From Candidatus Margulisiibacteriota bacterium (lineage in GTDB: Bacteria > Margulisbacteria > WOR-1 > O2-12-FULL-45-9), in contig JAYEOW010000024.1 of the NCBI GenBank assembly GCA_034723395.1, positions 1 through 64,000 on the forward strand: a stretch of DNA of 64,000 nt. Reading direction: 5' to 3'. Of the stretch, positions 9,751 to 19,251 are shown piece by piece; position 1 is the first letter of the stretch, and each line of letters begins with the position of its first letter. Below the pieces are notes generated by a model. It was not told where the DNA came from. It saw nothing but the letters and a program-made list of their open reading frames with translations, and ran no database searches. The position numbers and the translations under genes were made by a program.

Positions 9751-12209
9751 TTTTTATACTTCTTCCCCGATCCGCACGGGCATGGATCGTTCCTCCCGAC
9801 TTTGACTACTTTTACCGGAGAAGCCTTTCTTTCACCTTTTTCCGGGGCGCCGTACTGGACATCCCTCGGTTTCTGCTCCACCGGTTGTTCTGCCAGTTGG
9901 ACTTTTAAGATCATGCCTACGATCTCCGAGCGCACCCCGCCCATCATCTGCTGGAACACCCTGTATCCCTCTATTTTATATTCAACCAAAGGGTCCCTTC
10001 CGCCAATTCCCCGTAGTCCGATCCCCTCCCTCAGCGAATCCATATTGTGGAGCTGCTCGATCCAGGCGCTGTCGATTACCCTTAGCATGACCAGCCTCTC
10101 CAGCTCGCGCATCTGCTCTTCGCCCATCTCTTTCTCTCTTTGTTCGTAAGCGGCCTTTAACTTGGCAAGGATCGTTTCTTTATTCCTGTCATCGCTGGTA
10201 AAGATCGGGACGATCTCATTTAACGCATTATTAAGCCCGTCATAATCCCATTCATCGGGATGGATCTTTTCGCTGCAGAAAGCTCCGATTAGATCATCGA
10301 TCACCAGGTCCATCATCTCATAGATCTTCTCTTTTAATTCTCTTCCTTGAAGTATCCTCTGGCGGAGGCCGTAGATCGTCTCCCGCTGTTTGTTCATTAC
10401 ATCGTCGAATTCGAGGACCTGTTTACGGATCCCGAAATGGTATTCTTCTACTTTTTTCTGCGCGTTCTCGATCGCGCGGCTGATCAACTTGTGCTCGATC
10501 GGCGTGTCCTCCTCTATCCCTAACCGGTCCATCATCCCCGAAATCCTTTGTGACCCGAAAAGCTTCATCAGGTCATCTTCTAAAGAGACAAAGAATTTTG
10601 TCGAACCGGGATCACCCTGGCGGCCGGACCGTCCGCGCAGCTGGTTGTCGATCCTTCTGCTTTCGTGCCTTTCGGTCCCGACCACATAAAGTCCGCCAAC
10701 ATCGGTTACCCCTTCCCCAAGAACAATATCGGTCCCGCGGCCCGCCATGTTGGTCGAAATAGTTACCGTCCCCGGCTGGCCCGCTTTGGCGACAATTTCG
10801 GCTTCTCTTTCATGCTGCTTAGCATTTAAAACGTGGTGGGGTATCCCTCTCCGTTTTAACATCTGTGAAATAAGTTCGGAGTTCTCGATCGAGATCGTAC
10901 CGACCAGCATCGGTCTTTTCATTTTATGACCGGCCGCGATCTCATCGACCACCGCCTTGAACTTTGCCCGCTTGTTCTTATAGATCACATCCGACAGGTC
11001 ATTTCTGACCATCGGCTTGTGGGTTGGGATAACCAGAACTTCGAGCCCGTAAATTTTCCAGAACTCGCCCTCTTCTGTTTTTGCGGTCCCGGTCATTCCA
11101 GCTAACTTTTCATATAATCTAAAATAATTCTGGAAGGTGATCGTGGCCAAAGTTTGCGATTCGTGGCGGACCTCAACCCCCTCCTTGGCCTCGATCGCCT
11201 GATGCAGTCCTTCGGAGTATCTGCGTCCTTGCATCAGCCGGCCGGTAAACTCGTCAACGATAAGTACTTCGCCCCCTTTAACCACATAGTCGACATCCCG
11301 CTCAAAACAAAAGCGCGCTTTTAGCGACTGGTTTATCTGGTGGGCGATATCCATATTGGCCACATCAAAAAGATAGTCGATCCCCAGCATCCGCTCGATC
11401 TTCTTTACCCCCATCTCGCTTAAGGTCGCGTTCTTGGTTTTCTCATCGGTTGTGAAATCGCTTCCCTTTAGGAGTTTCTTCGCGATCGAATCCGCTTTCA
11501 AGTATCCGTGCACCGAATCTTCAACTATACCGGAGATGATCAAAGGGGTCCTTGCCTCATCGATCAGGATACTGTCTACTTCGTCGACAATCGCATAATG
11601 CGGTTTTCTCTGGACACAATACTCTTTGGAAAAAGCCATATTATCGCGCAGATAGTCGAAACCAAACTCGTTATTAGTCCCGTACGTGACGTCCGCGGCA
11701 TAACTTTTTTTCCTATCCTCATGGTCCATCCAGTGCTGAATGGCGCCGACTTCCAACCCGAGAGCTTGATAGATCGGCCCCATCCACTCGCTGTCTCTTT
11801 TTGCCAAATAATCATTGACCGTAACAACATGAGCCCCTTTTCCGCTCAAAGCATTAAGATAAATTGGCAGTGTGGCGGCAAGAGTTTTCCCTTCGCCGGT
11901 CTTCATCTCGGTGATCTTACCCTGGTGAAGGATTATCCCCCCCAACAATTGGACATCAAAATGCCTCAGGCCGGTCGTCCTGACCGATGCTTCCCTGACC
12001 GCGGCATACGCTTCGGGGAGGATATCGTTTAAGCTTTCTCCGCTTCGCAGTCTTTTCCTGAAGAACGAGGTGAGCTCTTTTAATTTTTCGTCAGATAGCT
12101 TCTGCATCTCCGGCTCGAGGCCGTTGATGGTATCGATAATCGGCTGGTAGGTCTTTAGTTTTGTTTCGTCCGAACCGCCGAAAAAATTACCAAGCCATTT
12201 AAAGATCAA
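9732..12209 (-). CDS. secA: preprotein translocase ATPase SecA
   Basis: [28 protein letters not shown]-terminal [22 protein letters not shown]. Confidence 0.98.
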   Translation of the reverse strand: MIFKWLGNFFGGSDETKLKTYQPIIDTINGLEPEMQKLSDEKLKELTSFFRKRLRSGESLNDILPEAYAAVREASVRTTGLRHFDVQLLGGIILHQGKITEMKTGEGKTLAATLPIYLNALSGKGAHVVTVNDYLAKRDSEWMGPIYQALGLEVGAIQHWMDHEDRKKSYAADVTYGTNNEFGFDYLRDNMAFSKEYCVQRKPHYAIVDEVDSILIDEARTPLIISGIVEDSVHGYLKADSIAKKLLKGSDFTTDEKTKNATLSEMGVKKIERMLGIDYLFDVANMDIAHQINQSLKARFCFERDVDYVVKGGEVLIVDEFTGRLMQGRRYSEGLHQAIEAKEGVEVRHESQTLATITFQNYFRLYEKLAGMTGTAKTEEGEFWKIYGLEVLVIPTHKPMVRNDLSDVIYKNKRAKFKAVVDEIAAGHKMKRPMLVGTISIENSELISQMLKRRGIPHHVLNAKQHEREAEIVAKAGQPGTVTISTNMAGRGTDIVLGEGVTDVGGLYVVGTERHESRRIDNQLRGRSGRQGDPGSTKFFVSLEDDLMKLFGSQRISGMMDRLGIEEDTPIEHKLISRAIENAQKKVEEYHFGIRKQVLEFDDVMNKQRETIYGLRQRILQGRELKEKIYEMMDLVIDDLIGAFCSEKIHPDEWDYDGLNNALNEIVPIFTSDDRNKETILAKLKAAYEQREKEMGEEQMRELERLVMLRVIDSAWIEQLHNMDSLREGIGLRGIGGRDPLVEYKIEGYRVFQQMMGGVRSEIVGMILKVQLAEQPVEQKPRDVQYGAPEKGERKASPVKVVKVGRNDPCPCGSGKKYKKCCLTK

Positions 12210-12553
12210 GGGCGTAGTTCTCTTTTGAGCCGGGCCCCTTCTCTTCTTCTTTCCTGCACATGCCTCTCTTTGTGTTTCTCTATCTGGCGCTTAGCCTCTT
12301 CGAGGACCAGGTCAAACGCGGCATAGGCGTCCCGGCCTGCCTCTCTGGCCACAACAACTTTTTTCCCTGCCAGCCACGCCCGGATCTCGGCCATCTGCCT
12401 TTTTTCCACGTCGTCGATCGCGTGCGCCTCAATAACCACTTCGATCTTTTGGGTGTTATTAAAAAAAGTTTCTAATTTTGCCACCTTTTCCTGGATATAA
12501 TCCCTGATCGGCGGTGTAATTTCGGTCCCTCTACCCGTAATTTTAATTTGCAT
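12206..12553 (-). CDS. hpf: ribosome hibernation promoting factor / RaiA (short form)
   Basis: [29 protein letters not shown]; comF-hpf-secA synteny. Confidence 0.85.
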   Translation of the reverse strand: MQIKITGRGTEITPPIRDYIQEKVAKLETFFNNTQKIEVVIEAHAIDDVEKRQMAEIRAWLAGKKVVVAREAGRDAYAAFDLVLEEAKRQIEKHKERHVQERRREGARLKRELRP

Positions 12554-12579
12554 GATTTCCCCTCCTACTGGCTATTTTA

Positions 12580-13212
12580 TCAAATATCGGTTGCTCTGGA
12601 AAGGGTTAAAATCTCCACCCTTTTTGCCCCAGCACTCTTTAATGCCTTGGAACATTCAATAATGGTCGCTCCAGTCGTGTAAATATCATCGATCAACAGG
12701 ATCCGCTTGTCTCTTACCGCATTTTGATCGAAAACCCTGAAGGCGCGATAGACATTTTTGAACCGCTCTCCTCGAGGAAGGTCGAATTGCGCTTTCGTAT
12801 CCCGAGCCCTTTCGACCGCCTCTACCACCGGGGTGCCGAAATAACGGTTCAAATTTTCCGCCAGTATCCCGACCTGGTTAAAACCACGCTTGCGGCGCCT
12901 CTTTTTGTGCAGCGGAACGGGAACGATCATATCCATCTCTTCCATATTCAAGGTCGGCGTATGCGATATATATTTTACCAGCACCATTCCCAACGCATCG
13001 CCAAGATTTTTACGATTCTTAAATTTAAAACGGTGGATCGCCGTGCGGATCACCCCTTCGTAGATCGAAACGCTATAGATCCCCAGGTGCGGTTTCATGA
13101 ATTTTATCTGAGAAAAACATTCATGGCAAAGCGCGGCACGGCTGCCTTTTTTACAAACCTCACAGCGTGGGGGAAAGATAAGGTTCAGGAAATTGGTAAA
13201 CCACTTTCTCAT
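12580..13212 (-). CDS. comF: ComF family amidophosphoribosyltransferase-like protein
   Basis: FPPRCEVC..CHEC zinc ribbon, VPVPLH, RGFNQ, LIDDIYTTGAT. Confidence 0.9.
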   Translation of the reverse strand: MRKWFTNFLNLIFPPRCEVCKKGSRAALCHECFSQIKFMKPHLGIYSVSIYEGVIRTAIHRFKFKNRKNLGDALGMVLVKYISHTPTLNMEEMDMIVPVPLHKKRRRKRGFNQVGILAENLNRYFGTPVVEAVERARDTKAQFDLPRGERFKNVYRAFRVFDQNAVRDKRILLIDDIYTTGATIIECSKALKSAGAKRVEILTLSRATDI

Positions 13213-13220
13213 TGCTAACT

Positions 13221-13240
13221 ATTATAGCATATGCTATCAT
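13221..13240. promoter_or_regulatory. palindromic bidirectional extended -10 promoter
   Basis: ATTATAGCAT|ATGCTATCAT gives TGCTATAAT on the minus strand and TGCTATCAT on the plus strand. Confidence 0.55.
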
Positions 13241-13249
13241 AGCCCCACC

Positions 13250-13876
13250 ATGACTTGGGAAGAAATTGTGTCCCTCTTAGACCAAGGCGAAGGCCAGTCG
13301 GTAGAATTCGAAAAAACCATCCCATCAGAAGATGATATCGCGCGCGAACTGGTCGCTTTCTCTAACGCTGACGGCGGCAAGATCATCTACGGTTTGGATG
13401 ACAAGAACAAACATCTGGTCGGGGTTGAAATGCGCGACGATCTTCATGATTGGATCGAATCGATCGGGAAAAAGCGATGCGAACCTCAAATTATTCCCAC
13501 CGTTGAAGTCGAAGACAAAGCCGATAAATATATTGTGGTAATAACGGTTCCCGAAGGTGAGGATAAGCCTTACCGCTGTGATGAGATCTGTTACGTGCGC
13601 GATGGAAACAACTCCCGCCCGGCGAAGGACAATGAAGAGAAAGAATTGACCAATCCCTGGTCCGGGAAAGGGTTAAATAAAAGACAGATTCGGGCAATGG
13701 CGATAATCGCGGAGCATGGCAGCATTACCAACCGTGAATATCGCGAGGCCTTTAACGTCTCACACAAGACCGCTCACATCGAACTTACGATCCTGGCCGA
13801 CAAAAGGCTTGTTCTAACCGAAGGGGCCGGCCGCTCAACCCGCTATACCCTCCCCGCGCAACCGGAACAGTACTAA
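13250..13876 (+). CDS. AlbA_2 (Schlafen-like) domain protein with C-terminal winged HTH
   Basis: GEGQSVEFEK, LVAFSNADGGKIIYG, ITNREYREAFNVS...GAGRSTRY; start moved from 13193 to ATG 13250. Confidence 0.8.
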   Translation: MTWEEIVSLLDQGEGQSVEFEKTIPSEDDIARELVAFSNADGGKIIYGLDDKNKHLVGVEMRDDLHDWIESIGKKRCEPQIIPTVEVEDKADKYIVVITVPEGEDKPYRCDEICYVRDGNNSRPAKDNEEKELTNPWSGKGLNKRQIRAMAIIAEHGSITNREYREAFNVSHKTAHIELTILADKRLVLTEGAGRSTRYTLPAQPEQY

Positions 13877-13898
13877 TTTTTTATAAAAGGAGACTAAA

Positions 13899-14636
13899 AT
13901 GCGTATACCGATCATGGCTGGCAACTGGAAGATGTTTAAAACTGAGATGGAGGCGGTCGATTTTGCGAATAAACTTATCCCCCTGGTTAAAGATGTTACG
14001 GACCGGCAAATTATAATATTCCCCAATACAACTTGTTTGTCCAAAGTTTGTGACGTTGCCTGTCCGACTAATATTGGATTAGGCGGACAAAATATCCACT
14101 GGGAAGACCAAGGGGCCTTTACCGGCGAGACTTCAGCTAAAATGTTAAGGGGTGTCGGCTGTAAGTATGTCTTGATCGGCCATTCTGAAAGAAGACAATA
14201 CTTTGGCGAGACCGATGAAACGGTTAACAAAAAAGTCCATAAAGCACTTGCTGAAAAGCTCTCCCCTATTATCTGTGTTGGTGAGACCCTTGAACAGCGA
14301 GAATCCGGAAATACCATGAAAATTATCGAAACTCAGGTAAAAGGCGCGATTAAAGATGTTCAAATTAAAGATTGGGATAACATCATTATTGCTTATGAAC
14401 CTGTCTGGGCGATCGGCACTGGCAAGACTGCTACTCCCGAACAGGCACAGGAAGTTCACGCCGCAATCAGAAAAATGCTGCCCGCAGAAGTTGCCGATAA
14501 AACCCGCATCCTTTACGGCGGTTCGGTCAAACCAGCCAATGTTAAGGATATAATGGCTCAGCCGGATATCGACGGAGGATTAGTCGGCGGAGCGAGTTTG
14601 AAAGTGGATTCATTCGAACAGTTAATCAAATATTAA
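13899..14636 (+). CDS. tpiA: triosephosphate isomerase
   Basis: AGNWKM, GHSERR, AYEPVWAIGTG, LYGGSV, LVGGASL. Confidence 0.98.
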   Translation: MRIPIMAGNWKMFKTEMEAVDFANKLIPLVKDVTDRQIIIFPNTTCLSKVCDVACPTNIGLGGQNIHWEDQGAFTGETSAKMLRGVGCKYVLIGHSERRQYFGETDETVNKKVHKALAEKLSPIICVGETLEQRESGNTMKIIETQVKGAIKDVQIKDWDNIIIAYEPVWAIGTGKTATPEQAQEVHAAIRKMLPAEVADKTRILYGGSVKPANVKDIMAQPDIDGGLVGGASLKVDSFEQLIKY

Positions 14637-15745
14637 ACTATGTAGGTATTTTCCCTGCCGCAGGAGTATTCCACAAAGGCAACTCTTCCCTTCCTGTTGT
14701 AAACATATCCAATTAAGTAGGTTGGCTTAGTTGGGGAAAATACAGTCGCACGCGGAAATACCTTCTTCATAAGCTTGGCAACATTTAATCCGTCTTCTCT
14801 GCCTTTCCCTGTCGAACAGGAATATAAAACGATCACGGAATTCCCCGCCAGACTATTTGACAACCCCAGATCGATCATTTCCGCTTCATCTGATAGATCA
14901 ATATAAAGCTCTTCTCTTTCGCCCTTCTTTGCAGCAGGGTCTTCCGCGCCGAGCGCCGTCCTTTCCTGCACGCCGTGGCCCGCCAATACAAAAAGGTTGG
15001 CCTTTTGTTTTTTTGTATTTTCTTTAAGCGCCCCATAGACATCCTTTTCCTCGCGCGCTTCAAAATAGAGCACGCGGTACCCGTGCTTTATCAGCTCGGC
15101 TATCTGGTTCATCTTGAAAACATTTACCCCGTCCTTCTTGGGATAAACAAGCAGGGCAAGGGGCCGGCCGTCGATTTTATCGGGATTCAGGCGATTTTCG
15201 ATAATCTCTTTTATCGCATGCAATTCTTTGAAACGCGACGGGAACTCAATATCAAGTTCCTTCAGGGATTGAATAATACCTTCGTATTCAGCCTTAAAGA
15301 GATCCGGATTCGGCAGGAATTTATAAGCATGGATATTTATCTCAAAAGCAGACCTTACAAACGCGGGATCATTTTTCAAAACATCGTCAGCGTGCTTAAA
15401 CGCCTGCCCTTTGTCGTGCACTGCCGCCAGGACAACTTCCTTGTCCCTTTTTAAAACTTCCGCGGCGAATGTCAGGGCGTCTCCATCGCTTCTGACCGCC
15501 GCCAGAACAATTTCTTTGTCTCCTTTTAGAGGATCTAAAGCCTGGTTTAATACCCATCCATCCCTTTTTACCGCTGCCAGAACAATCTTTCTGTTTCCTC
15601 TTATGGAATCTGGCGCGAGGCGAAGCGCGTAAGGATCCTGTTCGATTGCCGCTAGTGCTTTTGCGCGTCTGCGTCCCCTGATCACCTGGACAGCCCGTCT
15701 GCGGACAGAGCTAATGTTATGGGGGTGTGTTCTTATCTTAGTCAT
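14633..15745 (-). CDS. DUF4116-repeat protein with C-terminal putative His-Cys peptidase-like domain
   Basis: ~25-aa repeats (K/E)(I/V)VLAAV..DG.AL; C-terminal LAGHG and YSCSTG. Confidence 0.7.
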   Translation of the reverse strand: MTKIRTHPHNISSVRRRAVQVIRGRRRAKALAAIEQDPYALRLAPDSIRGNRKIVLAAVKRDGWVLNQALDPLKGDKEIVLAAVRSDGDALTFAAEVLKRDKEVVLAAVHDKGQAFKHADDVLKNDPAFVRSAFEINIHAYKFLPNPDLFKAEYEGIIQSLKELDIEFPSRFKELHAIKEIIENRLNPDKIDGRPLALLVYPKKDGVNVFKMNQIAELIKHGYRVLYFEAREEKDVYGALKENTKKQKANLFVLAGHGVQERTALGAEDPAAKKGEREELYIDLSDEAEMIDLGLSNSLAGNSVIVLYSCSTGKGREDGLNVAKLMKKVFPRATVFSPTKPTYLIGYVYNRKGRVAFVEYSCGRENTYIV

Positions 15746-15759
15746 ATTCCTTCTCTAAC

Positions 15760-15787
15760 TTATCGACAACTCCGGGATAAAATTTCA
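15760..15787 (-). promoter_or_regulatory. sigma28-like promoter motif
   Basis: TGAAA-N15-GTCGATAA, compared with FliA consensus TAAA-N15-GCCGATAA. Confidence 0.5.
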
Positions 15788-15869
15788 GTTCCCTGCTTTT
15801 TTTATCAGGCATTTTATGCTAAACTATAAAATCGTTATCGATAAAAAAGAAAAAAAGGAGAAATAATCA

Positions 15870-16844
15870 ATGTCAAAAAAACCTTATGAAGAACTCGGTC
15901 TGGTAAATACGCGCGAAATGTTCAAGCAGGCGGTTAAAGGCGGCTTTGCCATCCCGGCCTATAACTTTAACAATATGGAGCAGCTGCAGGCAATCATCGG
16001 GGCCTGCGCCGAATCAAATTCCCCGGTAATCCTCCAGGTCTCCAGCGGAGCCAGAAAATATGCGAACCAGACAATGCTAAAATACATGGCGCAGGGAGCG
16101 GTCCAGATGGCCAGAGAGGATTTCAAGAGCAATATTCCCATTGTCCTGCACTTGGACCATGGCGACACATTTGAACTTTGTAAGTCCTGTGTGGATTCCG
16201 GATTTTCATCTGTTATGATAGATGGATCTCATCATCCATACGAAAAGAACGTAGAATTAACCAAGCAGGTCGTTGAATACGCCCATAAATACGATGTTAC
16301 GGTCGAAGGCGAGCTTGGTGTTCTTGCCGGAATCGAAGATGACGTTAAAGCTGAAAAATCACATTACACCCAGCCTGAAGAGGTCCAGGATTTTGTCAGC
16401 AAGACCGGCGTGGATAGTTTGGCTATTTCGATCGGGACTTCTCACGGCGCGTATAAGTTTAAGCCGGGTGAAAAGGTCCCCCCGCTCCGCTTCGATATCC
16501 TGGAAGAGATTGAAAAGAAGCTCCCCGGTTTTCCGATCGTGCTGCACGGCTCTTCATCTGTTCCTCAAGAATATGTTGAAATGGTCAACAAATACGGCGG
16601 CAACATGAAAGGCGCGGTTGGGGTCCCCGAGGATCAGCTAAGACAGGCGGCTAAATCCGCTGTTTGCAAGATCAATATCGACAGCGACGGCAGATTGGTC
16701 GTTACCGCGGTCATCAGAAAGGTTTTTACGGAAAAACCAGCCGAGTTCGATCCCCGCAAATATCTCGGGCCGGCCAGGGAAGAATTAAAGAAACTGCTGA
16801 TCCATAAAAACAGAGAGGTGCTCGGTTCGGCTGGGAAGGGATAA
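15870..16844 (+). CDS. fba: class II fructose-1,6-bisphosphate aldolase
   Basis: LHLDHG, SVMIDGS, VEGELG, IGTSHGAYK, VLHGSS, KINIDSD. Confidence 0.96.
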   Translation: MSKKPYEELGLVNTREMFKQAVKGGFAIPAYNFNNMEQLQAIIGACAESNSPVILQVSSGARKYANQTMLKYMAQGAVQMAREDFKSNIPIVLHLDHGDTFELCKSCVDSGFSSVMIDGSHHPYEKNVELTKQVVEYAHKYDVTVEGELGVLAGIEDDVKAEKSHYTQPEEVQDFVSKTGVDSLAISIGTSHGAYKFKPGEKVPPLRFDILEEIEKKLPGFPIVLHGSSSVPQEYVEMVNKYGGNMKGAVGVPEDQLRQAAKSAVCKINIDSDGRLVVTAVIRKVFTEKPAEFDPRKYLGPAREELKKLLIHKNREVLGSAGKG

Positions 16845-16852
16845 TCCCCCAC

Positions 16853-16916
16853 TGTCCCTCGACTTCGCTCGGGACATCTCCCCCTTAATAGGGGGGAGAA
16901 AGAAAAGAGGGGGTTG
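16853..16916. repeat. composite GC-rich palindromic repeat
   Basis: TGTCCCTCGAC-TTCG-CTCGGGACA followed by TCTCCCCCTTAATAGGGGGGAGA..AGAGGGGGTTG; related to 24718-24778 and 25034-25124. Confidence 0.8.
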
Positions 16917-16938
16917 TTTATGAGGAGAAATTTAAACT

Positions 16939-18147
16939 ATGAAGATCAAGTTTGAAGGGAAAGAGGTCAATATCAAAAGAATCGGGATCCTAACCGGCGG
17001 CGGAGACTGTGCCGGCCACAACGCAGTTATTCTTGGTCTTATGCGACGCATAAACCTTGAAAACCAAAACCTGCCTGATGCTGAAAAAATGGAGTTAATA
17101 GGCCTACTTGAAGGTTGGAAAGCTTTAACTCGAGATCCGGGCAGCGAAATGGACAAAATTGTTCAACCACTTAAGCTCCAAAATATTGATCAAGACTTCA
17201 AACTTGCTGGAACACTTTTAAAGTCTTCCCGCACTAACCTATTTTCAAAAGCTAATCTTGAAAAAAAAGCTCCAGAACTTGCCATGGAAAACATCAAAAA
17301 ATTAAACCTTGATTGTTTAGTTGTGCTGGGTGGAGACGATACCTTAGGCGCTGCAGGGAAAATGGGTAAGCAATTTTCATTCCCTATGTTTGGCGCACCT
17401 AAGACAATGGATAATGACGTGTTTGGTACAGATTTAACTTATGGTTTTCAATCTGCAGTTGAAGAATCTGTGCACTTTATTGAAAACATCCGCACAACTG
17501 CCCGCTCCCACAATCGAACCTTTGTAGTTGAGGTGATGGGCCGGCATGCTGGCTGGGTTGCGCTTTACGCTGGTGTTGCAGCAGGTGCGGAGATCACTCT
17601 TCTGCCTGAAGAAGAGGTTAATCTGGATGATGTTATTGCCCAGGTTAAAAAAGCCATGGCTTATCAAAAACATTGTGTACTTGTTGTTTCTGAAGGCGCG
17701 CATCTCTTTGACAAGCGCTATCCTGATGCCGTCAATAAACGACATCAAGAACTACTTGATGCAGTTATTGCTGATCCAAAATATGCCTTAATAAAAGCTC
17801 GCCACGAAATGCCAAAAAAGCTCGATTCTTTTGGCAATGAGCAACTTGGTGGTGTTGGAGAATACGTATTTTCTATTCTCGAGAAACATACTAAAGGGAT
17901 TGAATATCGTTACCAGAACTGTGGTCACGCGATTCGCGGCGGGATTGCTCATACTATGGATCGAATTCTTGGTCTCCGCTATGGCGATGCGATCTTTTCG
18001 TTTATCAAGCAGAACAAGTTTGGAGTATATCCCGGGCTTGAAGGCGATAATATTGTCGCACAGGACCTGTTAAAGGTTAAAGGCGGACGATTTGTCCCCG
18101 AAGATAACCAGATTTTCAGCATGCGCAACGCGGCTATTTATTATTAA
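16939..18147 (+). CDS. 6-phosphofructokinase family, likely PPi-dependent
   Basis: GILTGGGD, GGDDTL (Asp) and PKTMDND (Lys) signature residues, EVMGRHAGW. Confidence 0.85.
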   Translation: MKIKFEGKEVNIKRIGILTGGGDCAGHNAVILGLMRRINLENQNLPDAEKMELIGLLEGWKALTRDPGSEMDKIVQPLKLQNIDQDFKLAGTLLKSSRTNLFSKANLEKKAPELAMENIKKLNLDCLVVLGGDDTLGAAGKMGKQFSFPMFGAPKTMDNDVFGTDLTYGFQSAVEESVHFIENIRTTARSHNRTFVVEVMGRHAGWVALYAGVAAGAEITLLPEEEVNLDDVIAQVKKAMAYQKHCVLVVSEGAHLFDKRYPDAVNKRHQELLDAVIADPKYALIKARHEMPKKLDSFGNEQLGGVGEYVFSILEKHTKGIEYRYQNCGHAIRGGIAHTMDRILGLRYGDAIFSFIKQNKFGVYPGLEGDNIVAQDLLKVKGGRFVPEDNQIFSMRNAAIYY

Positions 18148-19127
18148 CTCGCCAGCATATCGGCCACTCGCAGCTGCTCCATATCGATCCTCTTAGATGA
18201 TCGCATGACTTTTTTTAACGGGGTTAGTTTTACCCTATCCGAGGCCGCACCGACTAAGTAGCAGTGATCCCCATCGATCATCGACTCTACCGCTGCAGCG
18301 CCTAGCTTACAGGCCAATTCACGGCTAAAAGAACTGGGGGTCCCACCCCTTTGCATATGGCCCAAAATCGTTAAGCGCACCTCTATATTCAAAAGATCGC
18401 TCAATTCCGCGGTGATCTTGTTTACATCCCCCGCTCCCTCGGCTGCTACAATAATAAAACTCTCTTTTCCTTTCTCTCTTCCAACCTGAATTTTGTGGGC
18501 CACATCTTCGATATCATATTTAACTTCAGGGATCAGGATCGCTTCTGCGCCGGCGGCCAATCCAACATCAAGCGCGATAAAGCCGTTTCTCCTCCCCATA
18601 ACTTCGATCACAAATACCCTTCGATGCGAAGTCGCGGTATCGCGGATCTTATCGATCGCTTCTAATGCGGTATTTACCGCGGTATCAAAACCGATCGTAT
18701 AATCGGTGCAGGCGATATCGTTATCTATACTTGCCGGAATAACGTTGACCGGGAGACCAAACTCTTTCGTTAAATTATATGCCGCGGCCATCGAGCCGTC
18801 GCCGCCTATCGCGATTAAACCATCGATCCCACGAATCTTTAACTCTTTAAATGCGATCTTACGGTTCTTTTTCTCTCTAAATTCCGGACATCTACGAGTA
18901 TGGAGCACGGTCCCGCCGCGATTAATGATCCCGCTGACCGCCTTATGGTCCATCTCTTTAAGCAAGCCGTTCATCAGGCCGAACCATCCGCGTTCGATCC
19001 CCCAAACCTTTACACCGTGGAAGATAGCGGTCCTGACCACCGCGCGGATAGCGGTATTCATTCCCGGCGCGTCACCACCCGGGGTTAAGACAGCAATTGA
19101 CCTGACATGTTTTTTCTTTTTAGCCAT
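18144..19127 (-). CDS. pfkA: ATP-dependent 6-phosphofructokinase
   Basis: GGDAPGMN, GGDGS, PASIDNDI, EVMGR, LGHMQRGG. Confidence 0.95.
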   Translation of the reverse strand: MAKKKKHVRSIAVLTPGGDAPGMNTAIRAVVRTAIFHGVKVWGIERGWFGLMNGLLKEMDHKAVSGIINRGGTVLHTRRCPEFREKKNRKIAFKELKIRGIDGLIAIGGDGSMAAAYNLTKEFGLPVNVIPASIDNDIACTDYTIGFDTAVNTALEAIDKIRDTATSHRRVFVIEVMGRRNGFIALDVGLAAGAEAILIPEVKYDIEDVAHKIQVGREKGKESFIIVAAEGAGDVNKITAELSDLLNIEVRLTILGHMQRGGTPSSFSRELACKLGAAAVESMIDGDHCYLVGAASDRVKLTPLKKVMRSSKRIDMEQLRVADMLAS

Positions 19128-19142
19128 AAAACCCAGCTCCTT

Positions 19143-19178
19143 GCCCCGAGCCCCGAGCTTGTCGAGGGGTCGGGAGGC
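19143..19178. repeat. nested palindromic repeat
   Basis: GCCCCGAGCCCCGAGCTTGTCGAGGGGTCGGGAGGC; reverse complement matches the core of 24721-24752. Confidence 0.8.
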
Positions 19179-19217
19179 TTTTCGTGTATATTAGCATAAA
19201 TATTTGTGTATAAAAAG

Positions 19218-19245
19218 TGAAATTCCTCTAACTATTTAAAGATAA
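19218..19245 (+). promoter_or_regulatory. sigma28-like promoter motif (weaker copy)
   Basis: TGAAA-N15-AAAGATAA. Confidence 0.35.
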
Positions 19246-19251
19246 ACGATT

